From Acidimicrobiia bacterium (lineage in GTDB: Bacteria > Actinomycetota > Acidimicrobiia > Spongiisociales > UBA5794): DNA of 64,000 nucleotides. The stretch is taken from assembly GCA_041581135.1 (NCBI GenBank), contig JBFGCM010000003.1, forward strand, positions 9,479-73,478. The letters run 5' to 3'. Below are positions 27,385 to 37,900 of this stretch, in pieces (within the stretch, counting starts at the first letter, position 1; the number at the start of each line of letters is the position of its first letter). The notes under the pieces are model-generated. The model was not told the origin of the DNA and searched no databases. It worked only from the letters and a program-made list of their open reading frames with translations. The position numbers were made by a program, and so were the translations under genes.

Positions 27385-29440
27385 CGGGCTGCAGGACCAC
27401 CACCGCCAAATCGTCGTCCACGTCGTGAGCCCGCGGCACGCCGGCTGCGATCTCCTGTGCCGAAGCGGTTGAGGCGGCCTCCAGTGCGGATCGAAGCCGA
27501 GCCTCGGCGTCGCCTTCCACTCCGATCGCGCCGTCGGTGAGCAACACGACACTCTGACCGGCCGACAGCCCGATGGTGCGCTCCTCCACCATCGGATCCG
27601 AGAAGAGCCCGAGCACGAGACCTCGGGACACGATGGTGCAGCTGCCGCCGGCCTGGAGGAGGATCGGCTCGACGTGACCCGCCCGAGCAATGGTCATCGC
27701 CCACGTGCGATCCGTCGGCACCAGTCGAGCGCAGATGGCCGTGCACGATCTGTCCTGGGACGACGCATGCAGCGCAGTGTTCAGCATCTCCAAGGCTGCG
27801 GCGGGGGAAGCCCGTTGCAGGGCCGCGGTGCGCAACGTGTGGCGAGCGAGGCCGATGAGCGTGGCCGCTTCGATGCCCTTGCCCTGCACGTCGCCGATGA
27901 CCACGTACCACGAGCCGTCGTCGGCGCCGACGATGTCGTAGAAGTCGCCGCCCATGCGGGCTCGTGACGACGCCGGCTGGTAGCGCACGGCAACGTCCAC
28001 ACCGGGTATCTCCGGGAGCTCCGCCGGGAGCAGACTCTCCTGGAGTGCCTGGGCCACTCGTGATCGGCTCGTGTGGATCCGGGCGTTGTCGATGGCGAGC
28101 GCGGCACGCCTGGCCAGATCTCGCGCCATGGCCAGGTCGGACTCGCCGTACCGGAAACGCTCGAGATCGGTCGACACCAGGCTGATGGTCCCCAGCACCT
28201 GCCCCCGGGTCTCCAGCGGCACGATGATGCACGAGCGGATGGCGAGATCTCGGGTGATCTCCAAGTACTCCGGATCGTTGGCCGTTGCCTTCAACAGGTC
28301 ATCGGACACTTCGGGATACAGCCTCGGTTCACCGGTGCGAATCACCAGGGGCACGCCGGTATCGGCATCGGGATCGTGGGGGTGCTCGTCGAGGAGCTCC
28401 AACAGTCGGCCGCGACGGTCCGGTCTGGCGTGCTCGGCGGCGACGCGTCGGATGGAGCCGTCCTCGTTGATCAGGTTGATGGTGCACCAGTCCGCCCGTT
28501 CGGGTACGAGCAGCCGGGCCACCTGCTCCAGTGTGCTGTCGTAGTCGAGCGAGCTGGCGAGCACCTCACTGGCGCGGGCCAGGAACGCCAGCTGGGCCAC
28601 GAGGAAGTCCTCGGTCTGACGGGTCTCCTCGCGCCCCAGTACCGGCGCGATCAACCCGCTGATCCACAACAACAGCTCAACGGCGGCAGCAGCCTCCGCC
28701 TCGGGGCACACCACCCCCAGGATGCCGATGACGTGGCCTCCGTGGACCACGGTCATGGCTGTTGCCACATGGCCGGACACCGGTACCACGGCGGTCTCGG
28801 AGCTGTCGAGTGCGGCGCGGCATGCCCCGTCGAGTGCAGCCCGGTCGGCAGGGGTAGGCGCGCCGGCGCCCGCCCCGGCGCGTATCTCCAGGTGCTCCAC
28901 GCCGCGCGTCCGATACTCCACGAGCGGCCATACCATGCCGGTGGCGACGGTATCCAGCAGGACGTCGAGCGGCGGCGACACCTCATCGGACAGCATGCGC
29001 CGGCAGGTCGCCAGCACCCCGGTGGTCCCTGCTCGCGGTGCGGTCGAGCCCAACTCCGCCCAGAAGGACGTTGTCTTCTCGGACCGGTATCCCCAGGCGG
29101 AGGCCAGTCGATCGATCATCGCCAGGCCGCGCCGGCCCTCCCGATCCGGCGGCGTGTCGACGAGCGCCGGCACGGCGCCGCTCCCGGCGTCCGTGACGTC
29201 GATGCGGGTGCCGGTCGCACCCCAGGCGACTCGGAGCGCCACGGTGCCGTCCTCGAACGGACGTCCGTGGCGAAAGGCGTTGCCGATCAACTCGGCGGCG
29301 ACGATCTGGAGGTCGTCGCCGGTGGCGGTGGGATCCAGCTCCACGAGAAGGCTGCGAACCGCACCGACGGCCTCGGCTCCCAGTGCCAACCTGCGCTGCA
29401 CCACGTGGTCGTACCGCCGGTCGTGGGGTGTCGATGGCAT
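27356..29440 (-). CDS. multidomain PP2C (SpoIIE-type) phosphatase: N-terminal RsbW-like HATPase domain, two GAF domains, C-terminal PP2C
   Basis: Start at the internal ATG (MPSTPHDRRYD). HATPase-like AAELIGNAFRHG...IDVTDAGSG. GAF-like middle region. PP2C motifs GGDFYDIV and VVIGDVQGKGIEAA. Confidence 0.85.
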   Translation of the reverse strand: MPSTPHDRRYDHVVQRRLALGAEAVGAVRSLLVELDPTATGDDLQIVAAELIGNAFRHGRPFEDGTVALRVAWGATGTRIDVTDAGSGAVPALVDTPPDREGRRGLAMIDRLASAWGYRSEKTTSFWAELGSTAPRAGTTGVLATCRRMLSDEVSPPLDVLLDTVATGMVWPLVEYRTRGVEHLEIRAGAGAGAPTPADRAALDGACRAALDSSETAVVPVSGHVATAMTVVHGGHVIGILGVVCPEAEAAAAVELLLWISGLIAPVLGREETRQTEDFLVAQLAFLARASEVLASSLDYDSTLEQVARLLVPERADWCTINLINEDGSIRRVAAEHARPDRRGRLLELLDEHPHDPDADTGVPLVIRTGEPRLYPEVSDDLLKATANDPEYLEITRDLAIRSCIIVPLETRGQVLGTISLVSTDLERFRYGESDLAMARDLARRAALAIDNARIHTSRSRVAQALQESLLPAELPEIPGVDVAVRYQPASSRARMGGDFYDIVGADDGSWYVVIGDVQGKGIEAATLIGLARHTLRTAALQRASPAAALEMLNTALHASSQDRSCTAICARLVPTDRTWAMTIARAGHVEPILLQAGGSCTIVSRGLVLGLFSDPMVEERTIGLSAGQSVVLLTDGAIGVEGDAEARLRSALEAASTASAQEIAAGVPRAHDVDDDLAVVVLQPVSAPKNGAG

Positions 29441-29540
29441 CGCAGTGATGGTCGTGTCCGATCTGCCGGCGACGCCAAGAAAAAAAGTATGGAACCGCGT
29501 CAGGTGGGCAGACCAATAGTAGGAGCACAGTCGAGAAAGG

Positions 29541-30179
29541 ATGCAGCGGATGCTTTCACCCTGTGAAGCAGGACGTCGCTTCAGGCGCCACGTCCGATCA
29601 AGCGCGCTCGGCGCCATCGTGTTGGCCGCCAGCCTGCTGGTGACCCCGGCAGCTGTCGCCGATGAAGAGACGCACTGCGTGATCAATGTGCTGGATGTGC
29701 TCCTGGACGGGGAATTCGTGGTTTCGGACCCGGTGTGCTTCGGCACGTTCGCCGAGGCCATGGAATACCTCGGTGCCGGGGACCTCGGTATCCAGAGCGG
29801 ACCCGAGCTCTTCGCCGAGCAGCCCCGACTGGACGGTCGGTTCGCCCGTGGTACCGCCGTTTCCCGAAGCGACGCCGAGGCGACGCCGACGCCGCAAGGT
29901 GGCTACAGCAGCATCATCGGGATCCATTTCAAGGGGAGAGGCGGGTCCGGCAGCTCGGTATCGATCAGTGGTTCGAACTGCAGCGGTGGCTACTGGAACG
30001 CGTCCAGCTCCTGGCGAAACGTGATCTCGTCCAGCTACAACGGTTGTGTCCGGCTGGCGCACTACTCGCAACCCAACATCTCGGGCTCTCGGTACGACAC
30101 CTATGGAGTCGGCCAGACGGACTCGATCTACGGGTCGATGGACAACAACACCGAGTCCGTCAGGTACCTGTCGAGCTGA
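29541..30179 (+). CDS. hypothetical secreted protein (possible beta/gamma-crystallin-like C-terminal domain)
   Basis: Signal peptide ...ALGAIVLAASLLVTPAAVA. Cys pairs are present. The C-terminal SNCSGGYWNASSSWRNVISSSYNGC...MDNNTESVRYL loosely resembles I36/crystallin-type small secreted proteins, with low confidence. Confidence 0.5.
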   Translation: MQRMLSPCEAGRRFRRHVRSSALGAIVLAASLLVTPAAVADEETHCVINVLDVLLDGEFVVSDPVCFGTFAEAMEYLGAGDLGIQSGPELFAEQPRLDGRFARGTAVSRSDAEATPTPQGGYSSIIGIHFKGRGGSGSSVSISGSNCSGGYWNASSSWRNVISSSYNGCVRLAHYSQPNISGSRYDTYGVGQTDSIYGSMDNNTESVRYLSS

Positions 30180-30284
30180 GATCGGTTCTCGCATCTCCGG
30201 AGCCTGCGCTCCGCTGAGACCTGTAGCGTGGCGCGCCGGAGTACCAGGCGCGTGCGGAGGCGCCGGCCCGACGGAAGCTGACGA

Positions 30285-30884
30285 GTGGGACTGACCCTTC
30301 GATCCGACGCGGAGGTGATTCGGAGCTCGTGGGATGAGCCTGCCGAGTTCTCCGAGATCTTCGAGCGCTACTTCGAGGAGATTCGGCGCTTTGCCGTGAG
30401 CCGCGCCGGGCACGACGACGGACCCGACATCGCCTCGCAGGTCTTCGTGACCGCCTTCCGGAGGCGAGACAGCTACCGGCACGAGGAGTATCCCGACTGT
30501 AAGTACTGGCTGTACGGGATCGCCCACAAGGTGCTGAAGTCGCACTACCGCCGTTCGGGCCGGACTCGCGAGAAGGAAGAGCGGGCGCGGGCGCGCGAAA
30601 CCGGCATCACCCCACCACCCCAGGCCGATGTCGATGACCAGATCGTCGCCGAACAGGAGCTGGACCAGGCCCGGAAGGCGATCGCGGCGCTGCGTCCGAA
30701 GCTGCGCGAGCCCCTCCTCCTCTACTGCTGGGAAGAGATGAGCTACGAGGAGATCGCAGAGGTCCTCGACGTTCCGGTGGGCACCGTCCGCTCCCGCATC
30801 AATCGGGCCCGCAAGAGAATCAGGGAACTGACGGGCCTCGACGAACAATCTCCCAATACAACGAGAGGAAACCGCGATGGATGA
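30285..30884 (+). CDS. ECF-type RNA polymerase sigma factor
   Basis: GTG start. Region 2 (DIASQVFVTAFRRRDSY) and region 4 HTH (LREPLLLYCWEEMSYEEIAEVLDVPVGTVRSRINRARKRI). Confidence 0.88.
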   Translation: MGLTLRSDAEVIRSSWDEPAEFSEIFERYFEEIRRFAVSRAGHDDGPDIASQVFVTAFRRRDSYRHEEYPDCKYWLYGIAHKVLKSHYRRSGRTREKEERARARETGITPPPQADVDDQIVAEQELDQARKAIAALRPKLREPLLLYCWEEMSYEEIAEVLDVPVGTVRSRINRARKRIRELTGLDEQSPNTTRGNRDG

Positions 30885-31860
30885 TCGCGATCTACAACTG
30901 CTGCGGCGGCTTCGCGACGAGTCGACCCCGTCGGTAGAGGAGGTCGCTGCCGCCCGCCGCATGCTCAACGCCGAGATCCAGAAGGAGATCTCGGCTGCGA
31001 GCCGGAGCCGGCTACGGCGACCTCAGCTCGCCGCGCTCGCCGCAGCTGCGGTCGTGGTCGTTGCGTTTGTCTTCTCGTTCGTGGGTCAGCTGGTTCGGCC
31101 CGCACCGGTGACGGCGGCGCTGACCGAGATCGCCGCAGTGGTGGAGGCCCGGGTCCCGCCGCTGCCGGTCGCCGGTGAGGGCGTCTACGTGCGCTCGGTG
31201 CGGAGCGATCTCGTCCAGCTTGCCGCCGAAGACGTCCCCGGAGCAGAAGGTCAGCTCTTCTCGTTCCGACTGCCCCAGACCCGAGAGGTGTGGATCCGCG
31301 CAGACGGGTCTCGATTGCTCCGGGCCGAGGTCGGTCAACCCGAGTTCTTCGATTCGATCGATGCCGAGCTGTTCGCTCGAGCCGGTCTGTCAGAGGTCTT
31401 CGGAGTGGGCGACGTCGAACTCATCGACTTCGCACCGCCCGAGGTCGAGTTCGATGTGTCGGCACTGCCGCTCGAGCCCACTGCGCTGCGCGCCGCATTG
31501 CTCACCGAAGCCGGGACCTCGGAGGATCCCGAGACCGCCACCCTCATGCGGATGGCCGGCATCGTGTTGCGCGAGAGCTCTGCCGGGCCGGAGCTGCGCT
31601 CCGCGGTCGTCGAGATGTTGGCAGAGCTGGGCGACGATCTGGAGATCGTCACCGAGGACGGCTCGATCCTCGAGGTGGCCACCGAGTACCGCGTCGGTGA
31701 CATCACCCGATTGCGGTCGCTGACCTTCGACGTCGCCACGGGCGCGTTGGTTGCCGAGGCGCTGATCGCCGTCGATGTCACCGACGACTTCGGGGTGCTA
31801 CCGGGTACCCCGATCATCGAGGCGACGTACAGCATTCCCACGCCGGCACCGCTGCCCTGA
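30877..31860 (+). CDS. single-pass membrane protein, putative cognate anti-sigma factor/sensor
   Basis: The start overlaps the sigma gene by 8 nt (ATGGATGA). Short cytoplasmic N-terminus, TM LAALAAAAVVVVAFVFSFVGQLV, and an extracytoplasmic domain of about 250 aa. Confidence 0.65.
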   Translation: MDDRDLQLLRRLRDESTPSVEEVAAARRMLNAEIQKEISAASRSRLRRPQLAALAAAAVVVVAFVFSFVGQLVRPAPVTAALTEIAAVVEARVPPLPVAGEGVYVRSVRSDLVQLAAEDVPGAEGQLFSFRLPQTREVWIRADGSRLLRAEVGQPEFFDSIDAELFARAGLSEVFGVGDVELIDFAPPEVEFDVSALPLEPTALRAALLTEAGTSEDPETATLMRMAGIVLRESSAGPELRSAVVEMLAELGDDLEIVTEDGSILEVATEYRVGDITRLRSLTFDVATGALVAEALIAVDVTDDFGVLPGTPIIEATYSIPTPAPLP

Positions 31861-31980
31861 ACCGCCCCTGAGCCGGCGGGGCAGCACCCGCACGATCGGC
31901 TCTCCGTCGGAAAGTACGGAACCCGACCCCGTGAGCGGACCAATGAAGCGTTGGAACCGTCTTCACGGAGGGACGCACAC

Positions 31981-34900
31981 GTGGGCAGTACACAGGACCG
32001 CAAGACAACGACGCTCGATCGCGTACTGGTGATGCTCGCCGCGCTGGCAGTGGTCATTCCACTGTTCCCGGCGGCGGGATCCGCGCAGGCCGCCGAGCCC
32101 GACATGTGGCTCGATCCCGGCCCGGGCGTGGTCGTCAACGAGACCGGCGAGCCCGGTCCGGATACCTACATCGTCCTCCATCAGGCGCCGCCGCTGGCCC
32201 TCTACGACGGATCGGTGGCCGGCCTCCTGGCCACTGCCACCGACGTGACGGGTGAGCCCCGGCTCGACCCGACGACGCCTGCCTCGGTCGCCTATCTCGA
32301 GTACCTCACCGCCGAGCAGGATGCGCTGCTCGCCAGGATCGAAGCGTCCATCGGCCACAGCGTGGATCCCACGTTCCGCTATGCCGCCGCACTGAACGGC
32401 TTCGCCGTGACGTTGACCGTCGACGAGGCGGCCACCGTGTCCTCGCTCACCGGTGTCGCCCGCGTCGAGCGCGACTCCGACCGGTTCCTCCTCACCGACA
32501 ACGGCCCGGCGTGGATCGGAGCCGACGCCATCCACGATGGTTCCGCCACTCCCGATGCGGTGGGCACCCTGGGAGAAGGTGTCGTGGTGGGGGTGATCGA
32601 CACCGGCATCAACGCCGACCATCCCAGCTTTGCCGCCATTGGCCCGGTGGACGGCTACGTGCACCTCAATCCGCGGGGGACCTTCTTCGGGGCGTGCGAT
32701 CCGGTGCTGGGAACGCCTTTCTGCAACAACAAGCTGGTCGGTGTCTACGACTTCACCGGGACGTCACCCGAGGACGACAACGGTCACGGCAGCCATACGG
32801 CCTCCACGTCGGCCGGCAACGTCGTCGATGTGGAGTTGGTGGCGCCCACCAACACGATCAACCGCCGCATTGCCGGCGTCGCCCCGCACGCCAACATCAT
32901 CTCCTACAAGGCGTGCGTCACCACACCGGTGCGAGGCACCTGCCCGATCTCGGCGCTCATCGCGTCCATCAACCAGGCGACGCTCGATCAGGTCGACGTG
33001 ATCAACTTCTCGATCGGTGGGAGCTCCTCGGACCCCTGGGCCGACCTCGACGCCCAGGCCTTCTTCTCGGCGAATGCGGCCGGCATCTTCGCCGCCACTT
33101 CGGCGGGCAACGACGGGCCCGGGGCCGCCACCCTCGGCTCACCTGCGGATGCTCCGTGGGTGACCTCGGTGGGTGCGTCCACCCACGACCGCCGTCTGCA
33201 GAACGGCCTCATCAGCATGGCCGGGGGCGACACGACCCCGCCCGCCGACCTCTTTGGCAAGTCGAACACCAGCGGATACGGACCGGCGCCGATCGTGTAC
33301 GCCGGCGATTACCCGTCCGCCCTCACCGCGACCCCTGAGCTCTGTGGCGCCGGCACGCTGGAAGCGGCGGTGAGCCCATGGCCACCCGGCACCTTCAACG
33401 GCGAGATCGTCGTGTGCGACCGTGGCGAGTTCGGCCGCGTCGCCAAAGCCCAGCACGCCATGGAGGCCGGCGCCGGCGGCTTCATCCTCGCCAACGACTT
33501 CGACAACGGCGACAGTGTCGTTGCCGACGGCTACGCCATCCCCGGGGTACACATCAGCCACGACGACGGTGTGATCCTCAAGGCGTGGCTGGCATCGGGG
33601 GCCGGACACACCGGCACCATTCGCGGCACCAACGCCGACGAGTCACCCGACTTCGCCGACTCGATGGCCGGCTTCAGCTCGCGAGGCCCCAACCCGGCAT
33701 TCGCCGGCCTGGTGAAGCCGGACGTGACGGCGCCCGGTGTCGACATCCTCGCCGCCTTCAACACGCCGGTGCTCACCACCGGGACCGACGAGTACAACAT
33801 CATCAGCGGCACCTCCATGTCGAGCCCGCACACCGCCGGTGCCGGAGCCCTCATCCGGGCCGCCCATCCGGGTTGGTCGCCGGACGAAGTGAAGTCGGCA
33901 CTCATGACCACCGCCTTCACCACCGTGCCCACAGACACCGAGACGCACGGCACCTTCAAGGAAGACGGAACCACCCCGACGGACGCCTTCGACCTCGGAG
34001 CCGGAAGGATCGACCTCCGCCAGGCGGCCCTCGCCGGGTTCGTGCTCGACGAGTCGGATGCCGACTACACCGCCGCGAATCCCGGTGACGGCGGCGACCC
34101 GACCTCGCTGAACATCGCCAGCTTCGGTACCAGCTCGTGCTCGGGCACGTGCTCGTGGACCCGGACGATCTCGAGCACGCTCGGTGCGGACGTCGGCTGG
34201 ACGTTCTCTTTCGATGCCCCGGCCGGTGTGGTCCTCAGCAGTGACCAGCCCACCATCACCCTGGCGGCCGGGGGCGAGGCGACATTCACCGTCACCGCCG
34301 ACGTGACCGCCGCGCCGACGAGCCAGTGGCTGTTCGGGACGGTGAGCATGACGCCCGACGCGGCGGGCGTGCCCGTCGCCAAGTTCCCGCTTGCACTCTT
34401 CGTCACCGGCACGTCCACCACGCCGCAGACTGCACTGCACATGCACGGCAACGTCCACGACGCGCCCTGCACCGGTGACGGGCGTGCCGACCTGATCGCA
34501 TGCGACGGGCCCTTCCTGTCCGTCGATCCCGACCTGGACATCGCGCCTGCGGCCAAGTTCGGTCCGGTGACGCCCGCCTTCAACGGCAGCAACTCCCGGA
34601 ACATCTACGACCCCAACTGGGTGTGGCACGTGGCGTCCCCTGCGGTGATCGAGGGTGAGATGACCGTGCGGATGTGGGCGTCATGTGGCGCCTGCGCCGC
34701 CGGCCTTCTGACCGCAGATTGGGACGTCAAGGTATTCGACACCGATGCGGCCGGAGCGACCCCGGTCTTCACCGAGCGGGTGGTTGACGCGACGCCAGTG
34801 GCGCCGAACACTCCGAGCTTGGTCGAGTTCAGCGTGCAGCTGCCTCGTATCGAGATCGCCTCGGCCATGGTGCTGCAGATCGACCCGCTCTACCTCGACA

Positions 34901-37900
34901 GCCAACAGAACACCACGATCTACTACGACTCCCAGCAGCCGTGTGGCGCCGGCACCGACCCGTGTGACTCCGTGGTGCTGATGCCCATCGTCTCCGGCGG
35001 CCCGGAGAACCGCGCCCCGGTGGCGAGTTCCGATTCGGTGGACGTCACCCAAGGTGGCGCCGTGACCTTCGACGTGCTCGCCAACGACTTCGATCCTGAC
35101 GGCGATGCCATCTCGATCATCGGCAACACGGATCCGGTGCACGGCGTCTTGGTCGACAACGGTGGAGGGAGCTTCAGCTACACCCACAACGGCGGGGACA
35201 GCCTCTCCGACAGCTTCACGTACACCATCTCCGATGGCCAGTTGGAGTCGACCGGCCACGTCACCATCACGGTGGTCGGCTCGACACTGACCGTCCGCAA
35301 CTCGTTCGTCTCCTCGGTGGGATGGGTGAAGCCGGGCGAGGGGTATCCCTTCCGAGTGATCGTGGAGAACCCGACCACCGACGATGCCACCGGTGTGGTC
35401 GTCACGGTGGAGGAGCCAGCCGGGACCGACTTCTTGTTCACCACCGAGAGCCAGGGCACCGCGGTCGTCAGCGGTGACATCACGTGGACGCTCGGTACGT
35501 TGCCTGCCGGCGCCACCGCAACCATGGTGGTGCAGGCCGAGGCTGACACGTTCGCCGACGACGCTGAGATCGTTTGGAAGAACATCTCGTCCACCGCCAC
35601 GCTCACCTACGACGGCGGGCCCGCCGGTCTCATGTCCATGGGCCACGGCCCGAAGGTGATTCCGGTTGACTCGACGTACGACTCGGCTCGCTACGGCGAC
35701 CGCCCGTTCCCGGTGGTGCCGGTGGACTGGTTCGACCGCAAGCATGATCCCGAGCACACCGCCGAGTTGCTCTCGGCCAAGATCAACTCCCCCGACGTGG
35801 TCGGCTCTACGTTCAACCTGTTCCAGGAGATGTCGCTGGGCCAGCTGTTCCCGATGGGCACCGTGCCCTCGGCGGGCATTGCCAGCGCCGACTTCTCCGG
35901 GCAGACGTTCGAGTTCACCGATCCCGAGCCGCAAGGGGCGTGCACCGGTACGACGTTCAAGGACACCGCAGGGACGCCGGTCTACGGCGAGCGGATCAAG
36001 GACGGCTGGTACCAGATGCCGGGCGACACCAACTACTACGGCGCCGATCGGTTCACCTTCGGCGGCTCCATCGGTGGCGCCCAACTGGGTGTGGGCCCGC
36101 TGCTCCAGATCGACGATGCGTGCGGCCCCACGGGCAAAGCTGTGTACGACGCGGCGCACATCGCCGACCCGGAGATCGACTACAACGACTTCGATACCGA
36201 CAAGGACGGCGTCGTGGACTTCTTCATGATGGTCTTCGTCGGTCTCGGCGGTAACGGCGACAGCCAGATCAATGGGACTCCGCCGTACGACAACATCTGG
36301 CCGCACAGCTCGAGCTTGGAGTTCTACTACACCGATCCCGACACCGGGCTGACTGGGTACATCTCCAATGATCAGCTGAAGAGCCTCAGCGGCGTGCCGC
36401 AATGCTGGACGTCGACGGCCTATCAGGTGTCCGATGACTGCGCCGCCAACGGCGGGACCGGCCTCGACTCGCTGCCGGTGTTCGTGCGGGTGGGCCCGTA
36501 CAACGTGAACCCGGAGGAGGCGATCGACCGGGCCAGCGTCATCAGCCACGAGTACGGCCACAGCCTCGGGCTGCCCGACTTCTACTCGCTGGGTAGCCGG
36601 GACACCTATGGCGACTGGAACCTGATGGCGACCGACAAGTCTCAGCACATGGACATCTTCTCCAAGCAGGAGCTGGGCTGGATCGTGCCCGAGGTGCTGC
36701 AGCCCGGAGACGACATCTCGGTGCTGGGGTGGCAGGACTCCAAGATCGACACCGGTGAGATCCACTGGCAGACGCCGGACGGCACGCCGTACACCCTGTC
36801 CGCGGCCAACGGCGACCAGAAGATCCACAACGCCGATGCATGGATGGTCAAGCTGCCGAGCCGCAAGGTGATCGACGAGGCCGTCGTCGCCAACGGTGCC
36901 AGCCTGGACCACGTGTGGTGGTCGGGCTCGGGCAACGACTTCGGATGCCCGCCGCTGGGGGGCCACAACTTCGACCTCTACCTGCCGCAGCTGGCCGACC
37001 TCGGACCCGGCGACACGGTGGAGGTGCAGTTCGCCACCAGCTTCGACATCGAGTGGGACTACGACTACGGCTTCGTGCTGTACTCCACCGACTTCGGTGA
37101 GTCGTACCAGTCGCTGGGGTCGCTCGAGGGCTACACCGAGGCCGTCTTGAACCCCAACGCCAACGCCTGCCAGACCCAGTACGGCAACGGAGTGACCGGT
37201 ACCACCGCATCCCACGATGCCGGTACGGCCGGCGTCGACCGCGGCTTGGGGAATTACCCGGCCAACACCGGGTTCTCCCTCGACCGCTACGACCTGAGTG
37301 CGGCCGTGGGCAGTGAGACCGTGCTGCGGTTCAGCTACGCCACGGACCCGGGCCTGGCCCGACCCGGCTGGTTCATCGACGATCTGAAGGTCATCGTCAA
37401 CGGCACGGACGTCATCTACGACTCGAACTTCGAGGACGGTGCCGGCGAAGCGGCAATCTTCAACGGTGGGTGCCAGGGCGAGCGCGGCCGGGTGGCGCAG
37501 ACCTGCACACCGGGCTGGAAGTACATCAATGCTTCCGCCGGCTCACCGGCCGACCACGCCTACTACCTCGAGATGCGAGACCGTTCCGGTTTCGACTTCA
37601 ACGGCAACGGCGAGAACGACCGTGGCGCCATCAGCTTCGATCCCGGCGTCCTGCTGGTGTACACGGACGAGAACCACGGCTACGGCAACGTCGGCACTGA
37701 CGACCCGCCGGCCCAGACGCCGGTCGACTCCAGGCCGGAGCCCACCGACAACACGCCGAATCTCAACGATGCGGCGTTCAAGGCGGGCGACGTGTACTTC
37801 GACGACGGCGCCTCGATGCTGGGCACGCAGGCCAACCTCGATGCCCCGGCGTGGACGGACAACTACGAGAACCCCGGCCCCGACGACCCGTGGGTGCACC

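Noticed and set aside
31900-31980. ECF-type promoter (GGAAC at about 31918 and about 31953) upstream of the giant protease
   Set aside because: The GGAAC pentamers are present, but I found no CGT-type -10 element at 16-17 nt spacing. One pentamer is too close to the start codon. This is not supportable by eye.
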